Below, piece after piece: positions 57,831 through 64,000 of a stretch of DNA of 64,000 bases. Each line of letters starts with the position of its first letter. Within the stretch, counting starts at the first letter, position 1. The notes under the pieces were generated by a model. It ran no database searches. It was not told where the DNA came from and was given only the letters and a program-made list of their open reading frames with translations. Made by a program: the position numbers and the translations under genes. This DNA is from Octopus vulgaris (taxonomy: Eukaryota), in the NCBI GenBank assembly GCA_951406725.2, contig OX597825.1, positions 38,502,001-38,566,000 of the forward strand. The letters are read 5' to 3'.

Positions 57831-59294
57831 ACGTCACACTAGATAAAGCCAAAGAAATAAGAGAATTAGACCAAATCCAGACTTACAAATATTTAGGAAT
57901 CCATGAACTAGATAAGACACAACACACAAAAGTAAGAATACTATAGACGAGTTAGATCAATTATACAAACAGAGCTCAATGCTAAAAACAAGATAATAGG
58001 TATTATCACTTTAGCCGTCCCAGTTATAAGTTACACTTACAAGATCCTTAACTGGACACTAAATTAACTAACCAAAATAGACTGGAAAATAAGAAAAATA
58101 ATGACAGGATCTAGGATGCACCACTCAAAATCTGACATAGAACGGCTATATATACAACGTATAGAAGGTGTTAGAGGCCTTATACAGCTGAAACACTGTT
58201 ATAAAATAACCACCATAGGACAGCAAAAGCACCTACTTCAGAAGCAAGGAAAACTAATACAAATAGCCTCAAAACACGAGTAAATCAAAAAACAGTTCTC
58301 AGTATTTAAGGACGCTGACAAATACAAACAAGAAATCATACCACCTAACAAATATGAAGAAGAAGAAACAACAAAAGCTATAAAACAAATGAAATCCAAA
58401 CTAAAACTAGAATAGCAACGGACTTCGATAAAACGATCGCAAGAAAATCCTCTTCATGGCAAATACTGGACTAAACTAAATGCAAAAGAAATAGACAGAG
58501 AAAAATCCCAGCAATGGTTGAGAAGCTCAGGACTCAAAGCTGAGACTAAGGGATTTTTAATTGCAGCACAAGCCCAAAGACTCCCCACCAGAAATTACCA
58601 AAAGCATTTAATGAAAAGAAACATATCAAGTAACTGCAGAATATGTGGAGATGGGCAAGAAACAATAAATCATATTATCTCTGACTGCACAGTCCTGACT
58701 AAGAAGTAATATATTAACAGACACGACAGAGTTGGGACCTTCATACACTGGAAGCTATGACAATATTATTGGATAACAACTGAAAAACGATGGTATAGGC
58801 ACACACCAGAAAAGGTCACATAAAACGAGAAAGCAACCATACTCTGGGATATGCCAATACATACAGATAGAGAAATTAAGGCCAATTAGCCCGATATAGT
58901 TGTCAGAGATCATGAAGAAAAACTGATTTCTAAAGTATCAGTACCAGCAGATGACAACATTTCTCTAAAAGAAATGAAGAAACTTTCAAAATACAAAGAA
59001 CTGGAAATAGAGGTAACTCGAATGTGGAATCTAAAAACAGAAACAATTCCTATCATAGTAGGCGCATTAGTTATGATAAAAAAATATTCCAACAAATAAA
59101 TAACAAAAATACCAGGACGTACAGATATATATAACATGCAAAAATTGCACTATTTGGTACTGCACACATTCTACGCAAAACACTTTCAATACAGTAACCA
59201 TAAGAGCATCAGACCAATCCACAGTACATACCTAAGGCACACAGAGCTGCGCTCGGTAGAGAAGCGAAAGCATGTTATAAAAATAAAACTACTG
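57820..59294 (+). mobile_element. 5'-truncated R4/Dong-clade RLE non-LTR retrotransposon inserted in (AAT)n
   Basis: QTYKYLGI...NAKNKIIGIITLAVPVISY...MHHSKSDIERLYIQRIEGVRGL; LHGKY; WLRSSGLKAETKGFLIAAQAQRLPTRNY; CCHC finger CRICGDGQETINHIISDC; RHDRV; ILWDMPIHTDREIKAN*PDIVV (REL PD..D); KLSKYKEL; IPIIVGAL; 3' UTR then (AAT)n. Many stops. Confidence 0.93.
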
Positions 59295-59319
59295 AATAAT
59301 GATGATGATGATAATAATG

Positions 59320-59393
<74 letters not shown>

Positions 59394-59394
<1 letters not shown>

Positions 59395-59920
59395 GGCTGA
59401 AGGCGATGACAATAAGTTTGTTAGTAGCTGCACAATACCAAGCATTATGGAATAATTGGATAATGTAGGTTATGCTAATCAAAAGAATAAAGTGTTACTC
59501 TTATAGTTATTGAATGTAGCATGCTAGCACAGAAAAAATACAAGAAAGGACACGACAATCTAGGGAGAACAACGAACTGGAAGCTAAGTAGAAAGCTAAG
59601 ATTTGAATATACTGATAAATGGCATGAATATGTATCTGATAAAGTACTAGAAAGTAATAAATACATTCAGACTGACAAAGTATTAGAAGCTAGAAGACCT
59701 GATAAATTATGAGAAAAGAATGTGCTAGGTAAATCACTTTATAGTCCCAAATGATGAAAAAATTAATATGAGAACTATAGAGAAAATAGCTAAGTACCAG
59801 GTCTTAGTTATTGAATTACAGAGACTACGACACGTGCGGGTAAAAGGTATCCCAGCAGTTATATGTGCATTCGGACAGAGGAAATGGGCATAAAATCCAA
59901 TTTAGTACAACAATTAAGTT
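59394..59920 (+). mobile_element. Older fragment of a second R4/Dong-like subfamily
   Basis: LKAMTISLLVAAQYQAL...CRLC*SKE*SVTLIVIECSMLAQKKYKKGHDNLG...KWHEYVSDKVLES...IQTDKVLEARRPD...EKIAKYQVLVIEL...IPAVICAFG. Confidence 0.8.
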
Positions 59921-60361
59921 TACTTGCTGCAACCTGTATACCAGTGGGTGTGTTCTTTGCATCTAACGCTACTTGCTGATTCTGCAGGACTAGCCGAACA
60001 GAATCAGCAATTAATAGCCTCCTATGATTTGCCGTTGTTTCCTGCAGACGCTACTGCATACGACACCGACTTCCGGATGTTAGGATTCTTTTCTTTTCCT
60101 ACACTTTAATCTGTTGTGTGTGTATGAATAACAATAACGATAATAATCCTTTGTGCTGAATGCCTGGCAATTATGGGGGAGGGGAATAGCCGATTACATG
60201 GAACCCAGTGTTTCACTGGTAATTAATTTATCGACCCCGAAATGTTGAAAGGCAAAGTCGACCTTGGCGGAATTGAACTCAGAACGTGGCGCCAGGCAAA
60301 ATACCAGCATGCTAATGATTTTGCTCGCTCCCCACAACAAAAACAACAACAACAATAACAA

Positions 60362-60406
<45 letters not shown>

Positions 60407-60422
60407 TAATAATAATAATAAT

Positions 60423-60472
<50 letters not shown>

Positions 60473-61853
60473 CAACATCAAGGACAACCATTTATACTAT
60501 AGACACAAAACCTGATATTTTCATGCATGGTGCTAGTCCATTATATCGATACGAGAGCGCAACAGGTATTTATTTCATCGACCCCAAAGAATTGGATGCA
60601 AAATGGATCTAGGCCAAACTTGAACTCCGAATGTATTGACGGGCAAAAAGTCGTTAGGTATCTTGCTCAGTGTGATAATAGTTCCGTCATCTCTGCTACA
60701 AATATTTCTAATATTGACAGGAATAGAGTGTTATTATGAAGTAGCATCATTGTGTTTGGAAAGTGGTAGTAAAGGAGAAGTGGAAAGCTTTGCATCAAAA
60801 CGAAAGTCAAAATTCGAAATGCAGTAAAATTATCATAGCCAGCATAAAATGTACATAAATAGAAGAATAAAATGCTGCCACAATTGACACAAATATTCTG
60901 AACAAAATGTAGTAATATGTCCCTGTTTTGCTGTTTTAGATCAATTCCTAGACTATAGAAACAAAATAGATGGCTGGGATCAAGTGTAAACTCTGCAACA
61001 CTTACGATGATACATTTGGTCACCTTACTGGCTCACTGGCTTTATTATAGGATATTCACAGCTACGAAAAAGACGGCAACTAGGTTCTTGGGAAAATATC
61101 TTGAGAGTAATAAGTGTGATGCAGTCAAGTCGTTTATACTCCAAACAATATAAACGTGTCCTGGTTACGACAGACTGTGAATTTTCTTAACAGTCTGATA
61201 GTAAAATCTTGGCAGAATGCGAAGGTGAAAATTACAGGTTTTGGAACCAACGTCCCTGTTCTGTCAACATTTCACGTTTGTCATAATGTAACCAGAAATT
61301 TTGAAATTGTAAGGAATTTGTAGTGGAAAAAATTTGATTGAAAAGCAGAATTTTCCTAACATTGAAGAAAGCTGCAAACTGACTCATAAATTCGCAGTTA
61401 TTCAAAAATATAACATGTATCTAGCACAACTAATCACATACTGGATCGTACGCAATAACTGTTAACTTAACTCCTCAACAACATGCACAGTAAAAGTTCG
61501 TGACAGCTCCCCAAACACATACGTTAAAGAGTTACCATCCCATATCAAAACATGATATGTATAAAAAGTCAGAAACCAACGAAGGTCATTGTAACTAGGA
61601 ATTATTTTAGTGAGAAATAACAGTCACATATTCCTCAACTTACAATATCGATAAATGAAAAATACGAGGGAGAAGCCAAGTTAATTTGGCTTATTTTTGA
61701 TTGCAGTAGATGATGAAGTGTGCATCTATCTGCTGATATGACAATCTTGATGGTTTCAAGAATTAACAACCTATCAGCTTGATTTAACGTACAAACTCAA
61801 AGGAATACAGTCACAATATAATTAGTAAGAGAATGTAATCAGGTCACAATATA

Positions 61854-62265
61854 TTGGGTCATCCTTTAAATTATGCAGTTTTTTTAATTGCATGACTTTT
61901 AGTCGGATTGGGACGGGTTAACTTACCAGCGTTAACTTGCACTAAAAGCAGGTAGTAATTTTACCTAGTTACTATTCTTAGAGCAAGGTTTGAAGAGTGC
62001 ATTTTCATTTTAACAGTTATCTTTTCAAAGCTATAATGGAAGTGACAAACAAGCATATTCAACAAAAAGCATATTCGACCAAGTGCACGTTCGCATGAGT
62101 TCAATTAAGGCAACAAGGCAACAGAAAGTGCGAGGAATATTAATGCAGTATATGGGGATCGGACAATAAGCGTAAACCAGTGTCAACAGTTGTTCCAGAA
62201 TTTCCAAGCTGAAAACTACAGTCTAGAATTATAAAAAAAAACGCATTATTTACGGGATGATCCAA
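61854..62265 (+). mobile_element. Internally deleted mariner (MITE-like)
   Basis: TA-flanked TIRs ttgggtcatcctttaaattatgc / gcattatttacgggatgatccaa; N-terminal remnant MEVTNKHI...EFQLRQ...RNINAVYGDRTISVNQCQQLFQNFQAENYSLE. Confidence 0.8.
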
Positions 62266-64000
62266 TACAAATATATGCCAAACTTTAAAAATAGCCCGGA
62301 TATATCTGTCAGTGTCAACGAGGATAGAATTGCTTTGCCATTGAAATCAGGAACAGACCAAAGATTTCTGGGAAGTATACGTGTTGTTGGAGTTATTGTC
62401 TGCACCTCTCTTATATTCTACTTTTCTGATTCTTCCCTTCATTTAAACCCGAAGTGTCTCTTATTTCTACACATGCGCCTAATGAGAATTTTCACTGTAA
62501 TTGCTAGGTTTCTGAATTTGTAATTTTCAATATTTTCTGGATAAAATTGAAATCGTTAGGACGTGCATGTTCATCTACATGAACATGCACGTACTGAAGT
62601 GACGGCTCTGAAAAGAGAGCTTGCAATCTCTTGGCAGTTTGCTACAGATATGACGAGCCACGAATCTAAATCCTCATACATGCCCATCACCGTTATCTTG
62701 CTAATTTCCATATATTGCGTAGCGGTCAGTTTAATTCTTGTGTCCACCTGCTTGCCCTTCACTTTAACTTTGTATCAAATTCAGTAATTGAGGCGAAGCT
62801 CTAACACGCCTTTCATCTGTTAAATTCGATGGAAGTTAACACTGTGGTATAAGATGGACAGAACACATGGCCTCTGCCTACCCAAGCAAATGCGGAAGCA
62901 TCCGATTGCTCATATGTTTGTGAGTGTCTATAATATTCATAATCGGAATAGTAACGAAAATGCAAATTGCTAATATAAGAATTAGTTTCACTAAAACGAC
63001 AAAGAGAAAAGTGTCCTTTAAATTCTATATATGTGTACGTATACACACTTACATACATACATACATATATATGTTTCTGTATATACATACACATACATAC
63101 ACAGACGCACACACACATACCTGTTTGTGTGGTGTTTTGTAAATGTCACGGCAAAATTCAGAACGATGCTTTTAATATCTCTATGACAAAAACACACAAG
63201 GTAAGAGGAAAAGACATCCTTGTTACTATAGTAACATTTACGGAATGACAAACATTGAATAGATAATTTCGAAACGATAAACGAATATGAAGTTATATAA
63301 ATTATAAATTCTGAATACGAGGAAAGGAATTCATGCCATTTTATTCTCGCATTAATGTATTGTATCAAAGAAAGTATTAAAATATAACAACTGAATGTTG
63401 CATAATATATTTAACTAAATATATATATTTAGAATGCCACATTCCCCATCATAAAACACTATTTATGGAACCAATCAATTTGCAAGTATTCTAACTGAAA
63501 GGAGCATAATAACTAAATATAATGTTACCAAGATATGAGAAGCAAGAAAATATGTAGTTGGTGATCTCTACACTAAATTTTAATAAGTGTCAAATTATCA
63601 TTTAGTATTGAAAAGAAAATATTTTTCATGTTTATCAGCACAATAAATTTCGACTCATAAAGGAATTAAATGCATAGTATATATAAACTTTGCATATAAT
63701 ATATATGCATATGTGATTGCGTGTTTATAAGTGTATTTACAGAAATAGATACATATGTATGGTATACGCAACACATACTCATGCACGCACATTCATACAC
63801 GTATACATGTATATATGTGTAAATTCACATCTGGCAATGTACAAAAGAAAGTATGACTAAGTGAGTTTGAAATGATTTATGCAAATGAAATATCATTTCT
63901 TAAAATCGAACCAAAAGGAATGCATTGAACAAACCTAGATTAATGTATATTAATTATTCATATATTCCTTTTCACAGATGTTTAAAAGATAACTCTTTGG

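Overview
AT-rich, microsatellite-dense eukaryotic DNA. The repeat families, (TA)n/(CA)n/(AAT)n load and SINE sequences resemble cephalopod (Octopus-like) intronic/intergenic sequence; the organism is an inference. No intact host protein-coding gene can be supported, and almost all ORF-track entries are microsatellite translations or decayed transposon fragments. The window holds decayed mobile elements: a Penelope-like element (PLE) with a GIY-YIG endonuclease and a well-formed type I hammerhead ribozyme, several further PLE pseudo-LTR remnants with variant hammerheads, four R4/Dong-like RLE retrotransposon pieces, a 550-bp non-coding element sitting strand-specifically in (AAT)n arrays, CR1 and RTE LINE fragments, an internally deleted Ty3/gypsy element, a solo LTR, Tc1/mariner copies, tRNA-derived SINEs, a foldback element and a spacer-less 540-bp palindrome. 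The best leads are the PLE hammerhead set (including a CCGAUGA core variant in inverted pLTRs) and the (AAT)n-targeting Dong plus putative non-autonomous partner. Two weak minus-strand exon candidates (49573-49631 and 286-469) suggest most of the window may be one large intron. All family calls come from motif recognition by eye; no database search was run.
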